A stretch of DNA of 62,917 nucleotides, filler included, from Octopus bimaculoides (taxonomy: Eukaryota), in assembly GCF_001194135.2 (NCBI RefSeq). It is 5 parts of 5 records of this genome, joined end to end, with 100 filler letters (N's around TTAATTAATTAA, not from the genome) between each part and the next. Parts side by side here need not be neighbours in the genome. Positions count along the whole stretch, not along the records: positions 1 to 28,044 come from NC_068988.1; 4 more parts are not named here. One strand, written 5' to 3'. The notes under the pieces were generated by a model that was not told the origin of the DNA, made no database searches, and saw only the letters and a list, made by a program, of their open reading frames with translations. Below, one piece after another: positions 12,922 to 24,344 of the stretch. A program made the position numbers and the translations under genes. Within the stretch, counting starts at the first letter, position 1; every line of letters begins with the position of its first letter.

Positions 12922-13431
12922 TTACTGCATGGCAAACAAATAAACAGCAAATAACTCAGCAGGTAATCCTTCCTGTTTCTCTACTTTAACAACTTTCATT
13001 CCTGATTTTTTGATGATGCTAATGAACTCTGATTTTGGCCGGGTAAAACAGCTGTCAGTTTCATCAAACACTCGGCCTTCTGTGGTTACATTTTCTTTAA
13101 TAGCAATCAAGCCCCCACTCACTAAGGCGGCTTTGCAGCGTTTCAAGAAGGACACAAAATCAGAATTACTAAGGTAACCAAGGACCCACTGGCACCAAAT
13201 TACATTGTATCTGCCAGGTTCAGGAACAAAATCTTGCAGAGAGTTGCAAATGTAACGGTCCACTTTTGACTTTTTGTCTCCCAGGTAGGTTTCTGCACGG
13301 TTTAAAAATTTTTCGTTCAGGTCTAACATGTCAACATGATTGAAGAGTGGTGTCAGTAGATGTTTTGTCACTCTGCCAATACCAGCACCACAATCTAGAG
13401 CTCTATTGTTGTCAATGCTACCACCATGGGT
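12922..13431 (-). CDS. NTMT1: N-terminal Xaa-Pro-Lys N-methyltransferase 1, coding exon 2 (169 aa plus stop)
   Basis: Acceptor TTTTCTTCTTAATTTCAG precedes 13431 in phase 0. Motifs ALDCGAGIGRVTK (SAM motif I), YNVIWCQWVLGYL, KENV, FDETDS and EKQEGLPAELFAVYLFA*. Confidence 0.95.
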   Translation of the reverse strand, partial: THGGSIDNNRALDCGAGIGRVTKHLLTPLFNHVDMLDLNEKFLNRAETYLGDKKSKVDRYICNSLQDFVPEPGRYNVIWCQWVLGYLSNSDFVSFLKRCKAALVSGGLIAIKENVTTEGRVFDETDSCFTRPKSEFISIIKKSGMKVVKVEKQEGLPAELFAVYLFAMQ

Positions 13432-13984
13432 CTGAAATTAAGAAGAAAAAAATGTTAGGGTATGAAGAGGAATGAATTAAATATGACGCTTTGAACAGAC
13501 AAAATTAGTTTATCAAAGACTCTGGATATGGAAATCAATTGAAGACAGCTGAGATACTGTGTGTAGGGAACATGGAGAATTGAATGGAAATGATAGGACA
13601 TTGAGGATGCACTCAAAGAACAAGCCAAAATGGGATCTTTGTGGTTATTGTCACTATCTACAATTTTGTTCCAATTATTTTCAAATTTGGTACATGGATT
13701 AAATTTTGTATACTAATTATGAAAATGAAATTCATTTTCCCTATAAATTCATAATCAAAATGTTATTATCCTTTAAAATTTGGGTATTTTAGCCAATCAG
13801 AAGTGAGTATTTTACACATCACTGTGAAGTTCTGTTAGCATAGTAAGCAAAGATGCTGTGCATGTGCACAAGGAGTGCAATCACCAAATTGAGAGTACCT
13901 GGGCATCTTTAAAGCATGGAAATAAATGCTGGTGTGAGACACACCATTCCATGGTTGACTCATTGTGAATTTATATGAAGGAGA

Positions 13985-15020
13985 TCATCATCATCATCGT
14001 TTAACGTCCACTTTCCATGCTAGCATGGGTTGGACGATTTGACTGAGGACTGGTGAAACCAGATGGCTACACCAGGCTCCAATCTGATTTGGCAGAGTTT
14101 CTACAGGTGGATGCCCTTCCTAACGCCAACCACTCAGAGAGTGTAGTGGGTGCTTTTACGTATCACCCGCACGAAGGCCAGTCAGGCAGTACTGGCAACG
14201 GCCACGCTCAAAATGGTGCATGTTATGTGCCACCCGCACAAGAGCCAGTCCAGGGGCACTGGCAACGATCTCGCTTGAAAAATTTCATGTGTCACCCGCA
14301 CAAGAGCCAGCCCAGGGGCACTGGCAACGATCTGGCTTGAAAACCTNNNNNNNNNNNNNNNNNNNNNNNNNNNNNNNNNNNNNNNNNNNNNNNNNNNNNN
14401 NNNNNNNNNNNNNNNNNNNNNNNNNNNNNNNNNNNNNNNNNNNNNNNNNNNNNNNNNNNNNNNNNNNNNNNNNNNNNNNNNNNNNNNNNNNNNNNNNNNN
14501 NNNNNNNNNNNNNNNNNNNNNNNNNNNNNNNNNNNNNNNNNNNNNNNNNNNNNNNNNNNNNNNNNNNNNNNNNNNNNNNNNNNNNNNNNNNNNNNNNNNN
14601 NNNNNNNNNNNNNNNNNNNNNNNNNNNNNNNNNNNNNNNNNNNNNNNNNNNNNNNNNNNNNNNNNNNNNNNNNNNNNNNNNNNNNNNNNNNNNNNNNNNN
14701 NNNNNNNNNNNNNNNNNNNNNNNNNNNNNNNNNNNNNNNGCACTGGCAACAGTCCCGATCGAAAATCCCACGAAGGCCAGCCAGGCGGCACTGGCAACGG
14801 CCACGCCCAAAATGGTGCATTTCATGTGTCGCCCACACATGAGCCAGTCCAGGGGCACTGGCAATGATCTCGCTCGAAAATCCTACGACGGCCCCGCACA
14901 AGAGCCAGTTCAGGGGCACTGGCAACGATCTCGCTCAAAAAATTCATGTGTCACCCGCACAAGAGCCAGTCCAGGGGCACTGGGAACGGTCTCGCTCGAA
15001 AAATTCATGTGTCACCGGCA
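13985..15020. repeat. Dispersed repeat head (CATCATCATCGTTTAACGTCC...) followed by a ~62-bp GC-rich tandem array spanning a gap
   Basis: Units start at 14227 and 14289 and continue at 14740-15020. Each contains GCCAGT-N8-ACTGGC. The head resembles a reversed LINE/SINE 3' end. Confidence 0.75.
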
Positions 15021-15479
15021 TTTTATAAAATCTTAGAGTGTAATTGCAAAACTTACGTTCTTGAATTTTTTTTTAACTAATAAATGTCTGTTTTAAGCAA
15101 TGGTTTGACTTATTTCAAGCAACTCTTATTGATTTGCTTGTGGCTTTTAAATATTTAATTTGCTATGAATGTTTTAATGTTTTTCAATGTTTACTGTCGC
15201 TAGTTTAATGTTTTGATATGCCCGTGCCTCCCCCTCTTACTACTGTGACAGATGATGGACGAAACAACGAACGCGATGTTTTCTGATTGGCTGCATATTC
15301 TGAGAATTATCTAAGTTTGAACACCTGTAACATTTTTGCAAATTTTTTCTGGGATAAATGAATAACAAATTTGGATTCAGTGTCAAAAATTGCATCTATA
15401 TGATACATAAAAACTTTTTTTAAAGGTTTCGACATGCAGCGATGATAACCACAAAGATCTTCAAAATGACAAGAGATGA

Positions 15480-17520
15480 AGGGACATCAGAAGACTACGT
15501 ATATCGTTCATATTAGTTGGACTGGTATCCTTATCTTGACTGTTGCTTTCACTATGTTTCAGCTGTTGTACACTCCAGCCTTCTTCAGGTATCTTGTGTT
15601 GAACATGATTGTTGTATCAGAATTTCAAGCCTAACCCTTTATTTGATTTACAAGGGTACACTGTCCTCATTACTCTCTGTGTTTTGTGACTTTTTTTTCA
15701 TTTGCTTCAGTTGATTTCTTGTGAATTACCTTCATGTCTTGTTTGGGATTGAACCCAGAACCCCTGGGTGCATGCACTGCATTAACCAACATCTTTATCT
15801 AGACCACTAAGTCCATAGGCAGTGACAAAGCAAATTTTTTTAAGATTTACAAACTTAATGTTTATGTAATCCATTGTGGCAGTCTGCTTTCTTTTTAAAT
15901 TATTGGTTTCCATAACTGTATTCGTCTTTGCATTTGGCTTGCTTAAGAGGTTGTTATGTCCTAGCATATGCGCTGCTTCCTGAAGTTTTCTAGTTTTCTA
16001 GTGGTTCTCTATCTATTATTGACCTAATCCCACAGTCATTAGTTTCTCCATTTTTCCATGTCATTGGCTATACCAGACTTTTCAATATCCCCTCATGTAA
16101 TGGAGTCCAATGTTCATCTACTCTTACTTTAGGTGGGGAAGCATGTTTCTCTTTTGTATGCTTTACTGCAGCTGCATAGGGAGGCTTCACCTGGAAGAGA
16201 TGTCTGCAAAGTGTTGAATTACTTCAGTATACTCTCCTGATATCATATGGCCCACATATCTTTTGAGGCCTCTGACATAAGAGTGGATAGTATGCTTGCT
16301 AGGTAGTTGCTACATAGTGGAGTGTTTCTTAACCTGATCATTCCTAGTGGTATGTGTCAGGATTGCTACTTATAGTCTTTGCACAATGTTGCAGGTAATG
16401 ACCAATCCTCTTTAAACTGTATGGATGGTGGGAATTGAAGTGGAGGCTCTGTCCTGTAATGGTTGGTTTATAGTATATGAATGTCTTAAACCTATAATCT
16501 GTGCAAGTTATTAGTACATTCAGGAATACTAGCTGATTGTCCTTTTCTCTTTCCATTGCAAACAGTATGGATGGTCTTTTTGAGTTCACATGATCCAGCA
16601 GTACTTGGATATATTCCTGGTGGGACCAGAGTATGAGGATGTCATCCAATCTATCTTATGCATAGAGTTGACTTCAGAAGTGTTGATCCTAGAGCCATGT
16701 CTGTGAAGTATTCCATTGTATATGTTTACCAATACTTGAGATAATGGTGAACCCATAGCTAAACCCTCTTCCTGCTGATATATATCAGTACCTATTCTGA
16801 AGTAGATGGTTTCCATGTAGAAGGTCAGCATTTCCATCAAGTTCTCTATTTGTATATGAGTGCATTTCTTTAGAGAGGTGTCCACAACAAATCTGTCATG
16901 AGTCACTGATAATGCTTCATTAGTCAGGACTTTGGTGAACAGACTTTTCACATCTAGACTCACTCCCCAGTTTAGACCTAATGGAGGTACCTTTCATCAA
17001 TTCTGTGAAATGAGTGGAATTCTTCACATGTGATGCTGACTTACTTGCTAATAGATTGATTATATCCACAAGGAAGTGGTTCAGTGGATGACACACTGAA
17101 CCTTGCCAACTCACTATAAGTCTTAATAGGATACCATCCTTGCGAATCTCAGGGAGACTATACATGTGTGATAGCCTACTATAATGTTGGGTCACCTGTC
17201 TGTACTCCTTTGGTGTGAAGTGGCACTTGTCCTGCAGTAAGATCTGTAACAGCTTCCTCTCTATTTTCAAAGTTGGGTTTTTCTTTACTTTGTTGCAGCT
17301 ACCGTCTCTAATGAAGCCTGCCAACTTTTCAGAATATTCAGACTTGTCTGCTGGAAGTATTATGGTGGTACTGCCACTCCGTGGGGTTTTGATAGCCAAC
17401 TTTTCTCCCTTAGTGAAGTTCAGTTTAGGTTTCTCTAAGACCTTTCTTACTTTCCATCTTAGTTCATCTCCTTGAGTCTTGGGTATCTTTATGGTTACCT
17501 CCTTGACGGGGGCTATCAGG
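15480..17520 (-). mobile_element. Penelope-like retroelement (RT plus decayed GIY-YIG), pseudogenised, with 3' pLTR at ~15480-15720
   Basis: Motifs VKKNPTLKIERKL, SLDVKSLFTKV, YQQEEGLAMGSPLS, AMEREKDNQLVFL and YKPTITGQSLHFNSHHP. A hammerhead-like CTGAAGA..GGCTG/CAGCT..GAAAC lies at 15550-15593. Confidence 0.88.
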
Positions 17521-17535
17521 TCTAAAGTACTGGGG

Positions 17536-18265
17536 TCAATGTGTTCTGGAAAAAAAAGTCATGAAACACAGAGAGCAGAATGAGAACAGTGTACACCATT
17601 GGATCAAATAATGGGTTAGGTTTGAAATTCCAATACAACAATTGAATTCAACACAAGACACCCGAAAAAGACAGGAGTGTACAACAGCTGAAACAAAGAA
17701 AGCAACAACCAAGATGGGCACATCAGTCCGATTAATATCAACTCCACATCTCACAAATATAGAATTGTATTATGCAATTAATACAGAGCTGACATACAGA
17801 GAAACTATATCTGAAACTAACTCAACACTCAAACCACTTGACAAAGGCACAGAGAATTGTGGAAAGAGCAAGACATACTTTCATCCGAGAAAGGATCCAC
17901 TATAACTGTTGGTAAAAACACCAATTAAAGAATGCAATCAGAGACGTTATCTTCAGGCCTCATCAGAGATAGTAACTGCAGCAAAGTAAAGAAAGACCCA
18001 ACCCTGAAAATGAAGAGGAAGTTGTTACAGATCTTAATGAAGGACAAATATCACTTGATGCCAAAGTGACCCAACATTGTAGTAAGCTATTACACATGTA
18101 TGGTCTCCTTGAGATTCACAAAGATGGTATCCTATTAAGACTTATAGCGAGTTGACAAGGTTCAGTGTGTCATCCACTGAACCACTTCCTTGTGGATATA
18201 ATCAATCCATTAGTAAGTCAGCATCACATGAAGAATTCCACTCACTTCACAGAATTGATCAAAGG
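17536..18265 (+). mobile_element. Inverted partial copy of the same PLE (pLTR plus N-terminal ORF pieces)
   Basis: 17536-17760 is the reverse complement of ~15490-15720, and 17985-18265 of ~16990-17290. ORF piece QRIVERARHTFIRERIH. Confidence 0.85.
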
Positions 18266-19650
18266 CAAAGGACAATAGAAACTGAGTAGATGAGGTAGAG
18301 ATGGGAGAAATATAGATAAAGTACTTATGGACTTCACCAGTGTTAGTGGTATGAAAAGTCACCCAATACATGCTATAAAATAGTTTGTGTTAGGAAGAGT
18401 ATCCAACTGTAGAAATCAAGCTAAAGCATTGGAACACAATGTAGTCTTTAAATCTGTTGGACTCTCTCAAATTGTTCAACCCATGCCAGCATAGTAATTG
18501 AATGCTAAAATGGTAAAGTGGTTTTCAAGATATTCGAGATACCCAAAATGATACATAATGGGGAAATTGTTCCTGAAAGGGAAGAAACTCTTATTTTTCT
18601 AAGACAGTGGGTTGACATAGCAAAAATAGGATTTTTTAAAATTACAGTAAATGTTTCTATTTTTGCTTTTGTTAAACACAATATTTTAATCATTTAGAAA
18701 TATTTTAAAGTGAATATGATTTCGAAAATGTAAGTTTCCTCAAAATTAAGTGCGTATATTTTGGCTTTCTTTAAACAGACAATATTTTAATGATTTTTAA
18801 AATTATTTTCAAGTGAATACCATTACATACAAAAGTTTTTTTTTGGCATCTTTAAAAAATATTCTAAAGTAAAACTGACTTTAAAAATGGAGTAAATATT
18901 TCGTAAAAGACCTGTTCATAACCTCAGTGCGAAACAGATTTTTACGTACCTCACCTCCAAAGATTTGGCTGCTATTTCTAGCACACCCTGCTACCATGTA
19001 ACAGCTATCTGCAATAAAGGACCCAAATAGCTGTTGTGTGGTTGCAGGATGTTCAAGAAATAGCAGCAAATTCTTTCCTTTTCTGGGGAAAGGAGCTGTT
19101 TACACATGATTTCGATGCCACATTTGTTGAAAGCATGTGAAATAACCTGGGGGAAAATAAAAACCCATGAAACAAAACTCTGTTGCTGAGAAACTCAGAG
19201 TCTCCCGGTGACTCAATGGGTCACGGGTAGTCTAGCATCTTATATCTCTCTATGCGTCTGCATGCACGTATGGCTGCATATGCATGTTTAAGGGGTGAAT
19301 GTATGTATATGTATGTATGAATATATGTGCACGAGGGAACATGTGTGCGTATATATATATATAATTAAATTTACATATACTAGTACACCTGCGTACATAA
19401 ATGTTAATTATTTAGATACACACATTTAGACACCAAAAGTTTACAAAACCATTCAAACAAATTTGCTTTCCTTGAAACGCTTAAGAATAAACAAAATAAT
19501 TAAAAATTTCATTAATCAATCAGAATTAATTGACCAACATGGATTTATATTAACTTCTTCTTAGAGTATGATAGGCATATGTATTGTGTTCACGCGTGTA
19601 CATGTATGTGTATATATGCATGGATGTGTGTACGTATTCTTTTATTTGTT

Positions 19651-19843
19651 TCAGTCATTTATTTGACTGTGGCCATGCTGGAGCACTGTCTTTAGTCGAA
19701 CAAATTGACCGCAGGACTTATTCTTTGTAAGCCTAGTTCTTATTCTATCGATCTCTTTTCGCTGAACCGCTAGGTTATGGGGATGTAAACACACCAACAC
19801 TGGTTGTAAAGTAATTGGGGGGGGGGGGCAAACATAGATACAT

Positions 19844-19902
<59 letters not shown>

Positions 19903-20053
19903 CATACAATGGGCTTCTTTCAGTTTCCGTCTACCAAATCCACTCACAAGGCTTTGGTCAGCCCGAGGCTATTAGCTGAAGGTGCTATGCAGTAGCACTG
20001 AACCCAGAACCATGTGGTTGGGAAGCAAGTTATTTACCGCACAGCCACGCCTG
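19651..20053 (-). mobile_element. tRNA-type SINE family A, near full length with internal (AT)n
   Basis: Matches other copies: TCAGTCATTT...GGCCATGCTGGAGCAC and CTTTCAGTTTCCGTCTACCAAATCCACTCACAAGGC, with an A/B-box-like head at ~19990-20050. Confidence 0.85.
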
Positions 20054-20714
20054 TTGTGAGAATATGCATTCCTCTGTGTATATGTATGTGTGCATACTTG
20101 CATATATACAGATTTTCTTAACTTTATTTATACCAGATAAACGAACATTCCATTCTTTTATTAACTATAAACTTATCTTATTTATATCTAAATTTCTTCT
20201 ATCATCTCTATTTAATTAAATTTATTTATTGTTCTAATTCTGTTTATCTACTCTATCTCATCTCTAATCAACCTGCAAACCCCTTGTCCAAACATATAAC
20301 AATACAGATCATAAACAATATCATTCAGTCTACTATAATGAATCCATAAACACATATAAAACATCCAAGAGTATATCTTTTTTCCTCTGAAGATATTATG
20401 CTCAGGTCAAAGAAATTTAAAATTTACTGAGTATTAATTGAAACAGCTGTATGGGATGATGATTAATTTGCTGTTAATAATAAACAATTAGCAACTTCCC
20501 AATCTCCATCTTCTTTTATATGAATATAAACTATATGTTTTTATATACTTATTATTTTAAGGAAAATATCCCCCCCCACTCCAAATACTAGGTACTGAAA
20601 CATTTCCTTGGATGAAACCATCCCTTTATGAGGTTAACACAAACCTCTAATCAAATTTATATATATACATGTATGTATATACTGGGTTGATAACATTTTA
20701 ATTCCATTGTTTGA

Positions 20715-21110
20715 AGAAAAGGGATCCTAATTTGTGTGTGGAAATTTTAGTGGAATAAGCCTGCTTGAAGCAGTTGGTAAGGTTTTAACAAAATTATTAC
20801 TTTATCAGCTAACAAAGTGGATTTCTCCAGAACTGCATCAAACATTACATAACTTTTTCAACCTTGTTAATAGGACTGCTCTCTGGATCATTCTTGGTCA
20901 ACTTAGATGTCCACCTCAATTTGTCAACTTGTTTAAGCAACTCCATCGTGATATGAAAACTCATTTTAAGTTCAACGGTTCACTATCAGAATAAATTTCC
21001 ATCAATAAAAGGATTAAACAAAGTAGTATTCCTGCTCCATCACTTTTTCCCCATATATATTTTTCTGGAACTGTCTCATACACTTTCCAGGACTATGGTA
21101 TCAGCATATA
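20715..21110 (+). mobile_element. RTE-clade LINE reverse transcriptase fragment
   Basis: Motifs CGNFSGISLLEAVGKVL and FNLVNRTALWIILGQLRCPPQFVNLFKQLHRDMK...FNGSLSE, with an internal deletion and stops. Confidence 0.8.
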
Positions 21111-21373
21111 TAGATTTGCAGTTGTTTTACGGGGAGTTTCCACATGGTAAATGTCCAAGGCATAAACTTAACAAGCACTTAAGGGATGCTGTCAAAAGCA
21201 ACCTTAACTCTTTAGCATTCAGAGTGTTTTGTCAAATGTAATGCTTATTTATTCACATTGATTTGAATTAATTGTGAATTAATTTATAGTGTACTTATAG
21301 AGATTTTCATTAATATCCATTTTTTCCACAGGAAGTTATAAAGTCAGGGAGTAGATACGCTTGTGCAGGTATG

Positions 21374-21604
21374 TAGGAAACTGAAAGAAGCCTGTCGTGT
21401 GTGTATGTCTTTGTTTATTTCCCACCACCGATTGACAACCGGTGTTGGTTTGTTTATGTCCCCGCAGCTAAGCGGTTCGGCATAAGAGACCGTAGAATAA
21501 GTATCAGAGTTGTTTAAAAAAGTACTGGAGTCGATTCGTTCGACTAAACCCTTCAAGGTAGTGCTTTAGCATGGCCGCAGTCCAATTGCTGAACAAGTAA
21601 AAGA
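21374..21604 (+). mobile_element. SINE family A, 5'-truncated
   Basis: GGAAACTGAAAGAAGCC...GCGGTTCGGCA...GCATGGCCGCAGTC. Confidence 0.8.
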
Positions 21605-21654
21605 TACGATACACATGCCCACTAAGAACGTTGTAGTTCGCTCGAAGCATTGTA

Positions 21655-22000
21655 ATACAGAAGGAAAATGAATGAAATGAGAAATAAGAAAAACTTGTAA
21701 CAATGCAGAAAGTTGAAAACACCTTTATATTTCGGGTGCAAAGCCTATCTTCAGAAGAATACAGTCGAAGAAATGTGTAATTACATAGATCCTGCCATTT
21801 TGGATAGTCTGGTGCTTTTTGCTAGTAGCAGCAGCACCCTAAATGCATTTGGAGAGCTGCTGCTACTAGTACAGGATCTATGTAAATACACATTTCTTTG
21901 TATTCTTCTGAAGATAGACTTTGCGCTCGAAATATAAAGGTTTTTAAAACTTTCTGTATCGTTAGATTACCTTCTTTCTCATTTCATTCATTTTTCTACA
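21655..22000. mobile_element. Second foldback element with hammerhead-like motifs in both arms, in the NTMT1 intron
   Basis: ~21655-21835 is the imperfect reverse complement of ~21855-22000. The arms carry TCTT-CTGAAGA-N14-GAAAT-ATA-AAGG at 21722-21759 (-) and 21903-21940 (+). Confidence 0.75.
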
Positions 22001-22615
22001 CACACACAAATGTGAACTCTTTGCGAGCTGTCCAGCCATGTGACTTCTGGATATTTTCGTAATATCAAATATTTTTTTTTTTTTAAAGGAATTAATAAGA
22101 ATATTTAAAATACTTTTAGGATATCTAAATGGAATACCATAAACAAACTAATTATAGTGATAAAAGGATATTTTAGCGGAATTCAACAAAAAATAAACAG
22201 AGTAGCTGACGTGGTTGTTAATGACGCTAGTAAAATCAAATCACTGAAACAACACCATCAAGGTTTTAAAACATGAAACACAGATAATGTACCATAGAAT
22301 TGACAAAGTGACAGTACGATAACGGCTAGAAACCCTTTGATCAAAAGACAGCATGGTGAGATCTGTCCCAAGACAATATACCGCCACTAAACTAGGAAAG
22401 GTGCGTACACAGAGTGGAAGGTGAAATAACAGCCAGAGCACAAGATATATAGTGTAATCCTTGATACGCTAGTCCTAGAGAGAAAAAGGGCGAAAGACGT
22501 GATATGATGGCAAGTAAGCTGGTGCTATCCTGCTTTCGCAATAAACCCTCTTCCACCACCACAAGGTGCCCCAGTTTGAATGACATCTGCGTGTTTTAAG
22601 AAAATTTTTACTCAC

Positions 22616-22768
22616 CTTCAGAAAAGATCGAAGGAAAATTGATGAAGTTTTAATATCTATGGGCGACACTTGTGGAAAGCCTCCAAGCATGCCATCAATT
22701 GTAGCTGGAACTTTCTCCCAATAACATTTAGAATTTTCATAATATTCTTCCCCTTCTCTTGCTGCCAT
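22616..22768 (-). CDS. NTMT1: NTMT1 coding exon 1 (51 aa)
   Basis: MAAREGEEYYENSKCYWEKVPATIDGMLGGFPQVSPIDIKTSSIFLRSFLK, then donor GTGAGT. The YW...PATIDGMLGG motif is diagnostic. It splices in frame to 13431, giving 220 aa. Confidence 0.93.
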
Positions 22769-22944
22769 TCTACAAAACATACAACTTCAGCAGTTTAGCG
22801 GCAACTTACATCTAATTACCTCCCTTGATAGTAGCTCTTTAAAAAAAAAATACAAATCCCCAAGTAATTTTAGGGGTTTTATATATATTTTGGGGCTATT
22901 CTTGGTTATCTCCCTTCAGCCTGCTTTCGCGCTTATCTGAGTTT

Positions 22945-23115
22945 CGAAACTGCGTAATCATTTGAACGTCGGAATAAATCCTTGTTCAGGTTTAGATCCC
23001 GCCGAAATCAACTTTACTTTTCATTCTTCCAAGTTCGATAAAATAAAGTACCAGTCAACTTGGGTCGTTGGTATCTCTCAAGATTACTGACCTTGTGCCT
23101 AAATCGGAAACCATT
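22945..23115 (+). mobile_element. SINE family B, decayed
   Basis: GTTCAGGTTTAGATCCCGCCGAAATCAACTTTACTTTTCATTC...CCTTGTGCCT. Confidence 0.65.
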
Positions 23116-23129
23116 TTCACTATTATTTC

Positions 23130-23250
23130 ATTGTCTATGAAATCGACGAAAGCAGTCCACCTCAGTATTTCATTTTATCGGCCAGACAGACCCGACACAG
23201 TATACTTTAGGTACTTTGACTAACGCTCTAACGATTCTGCCAATCAGTGT
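23130..23250 (-). mobile_element. SINE family B fragment, opposite orientation
   Basis: Ends CTAACGATTCTGCCA, as do the other minus-strand family B heads. Confidence 0.5.
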
Positions 23251-23279
23251 TTATCTAGAAGATACCATATATTTATAAA

Positions 23280-23460
23280 TAAACACTGGGACCCGAAAAA
23301 AAAAAAAGGAAAACTAATGTTTGCAGCGGCAAAAAGTTAACTTTCTTTCGATATGAGTATATAAAATGGCCGCTGAAAAACTGGAACTAGGAACGTCATT
23401 TTTTTCGCGAATTTCAAAATCGTATTCGTTCTAATTAGTAAGGAAAGTGAGATCTTACGT
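23280..23460 (-). promoter_or_regulatory. Candidate NTMT1 promoter or non-coding first exon region
   Basis: Unique, relatively CpG-retaining sequence upstream of exon 1, with a YY1-like AAAATGGCCG at 23363-23372. Inference only. Confidence 0.25.
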
Positions 23461-23502
23461 AAATAAAGACAAAGGCGAGTTTATGTAGTAATAACTTTGC
23501 TT

Positions 23503-23632
23503 CTTAACCACATTGTTCGGGTAGTGTCCCACAGGGTGACACCTTGGGCAAGTGTCTTTTATTACAGCCTCTGGCCTACCAGAGCCTTGTATGTGGATTT
23601 GGAAGACGGAAACTGAAAGAAGCACGTCGTGT
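23503..23632 (+). mobile_element. SINE family A, 5' half
   Basis: GACACCTTGGGCAAGTGTCTT...GACGGAAACTGAAAGAAGC. Confidence 0.8.
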
Positions 23633-23743
23633 ATATATATTGTCACATTATATTTACAGATAAATTCCTCTACATAATATCGAGGTCTCTTTCATTCTTT
23701 TGTTGTCTTACCATTTCTATCAATATATATATATATATACATA

Positions 23744-23774
<31 letters not shown>

Positions 23775-24344
23775 NNNNNNNNNNNNNNNNNNNNNNNNNN
23801 NNNNNNNNNNNNNNNNNNNNNATATATATGTAAATAGGTATAAGTTAGGATTGTTTAAACATCCAAGCAATAGGCTAGAAGTGTTTAAGCAACCAGGGGA
23901 TAATTAAATCTGAAGGCACTCCTGGATATTACTTGTGGTCTTAATTGTAACTGCACCAAAGCATGCTGGGAACGCCTCCTTTGATTCTCTTAAACAGCAC
24001 CCACTCTACCTCTCCTTCGCAGAAAGATTATTAACTCTGATTTCGACTAAAATATAAGACTCACTATACCTTACCTCTATTCTCATACCACTATATGCAT
24101 CCTTTACATTAGTATATCCCCTATCTTCTATTCCCGCATCTCTCACACCATGAACTTAAACAGACTTCTCAACATTCTGAAGAGATCTGCCAATTGGGTC
24201 AGCAAATCGAAAAGATCGTAAATGTAACATTACATAATCTCTACATAATTGATTAAATTAATGGCTAACTAGCACAATCGACCTGCTTCTTCCTGTGTTT
24301 GTTTCTCCATTCCCTACATGATTATATATATATGTATATATATA

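Noticed and set aside
14160-15020. CRISPR-like array of palindromic repeats
   Set aside because: Whole units repeat with no unique spacers, there are no cas genes, and the context is eukaryotic.
22475-22780. 101-aa single-exon ORF as given by the track
   Set aside because: Homology stops at FLK, where a GTGAGT donor lies; the rest is intron read-through.
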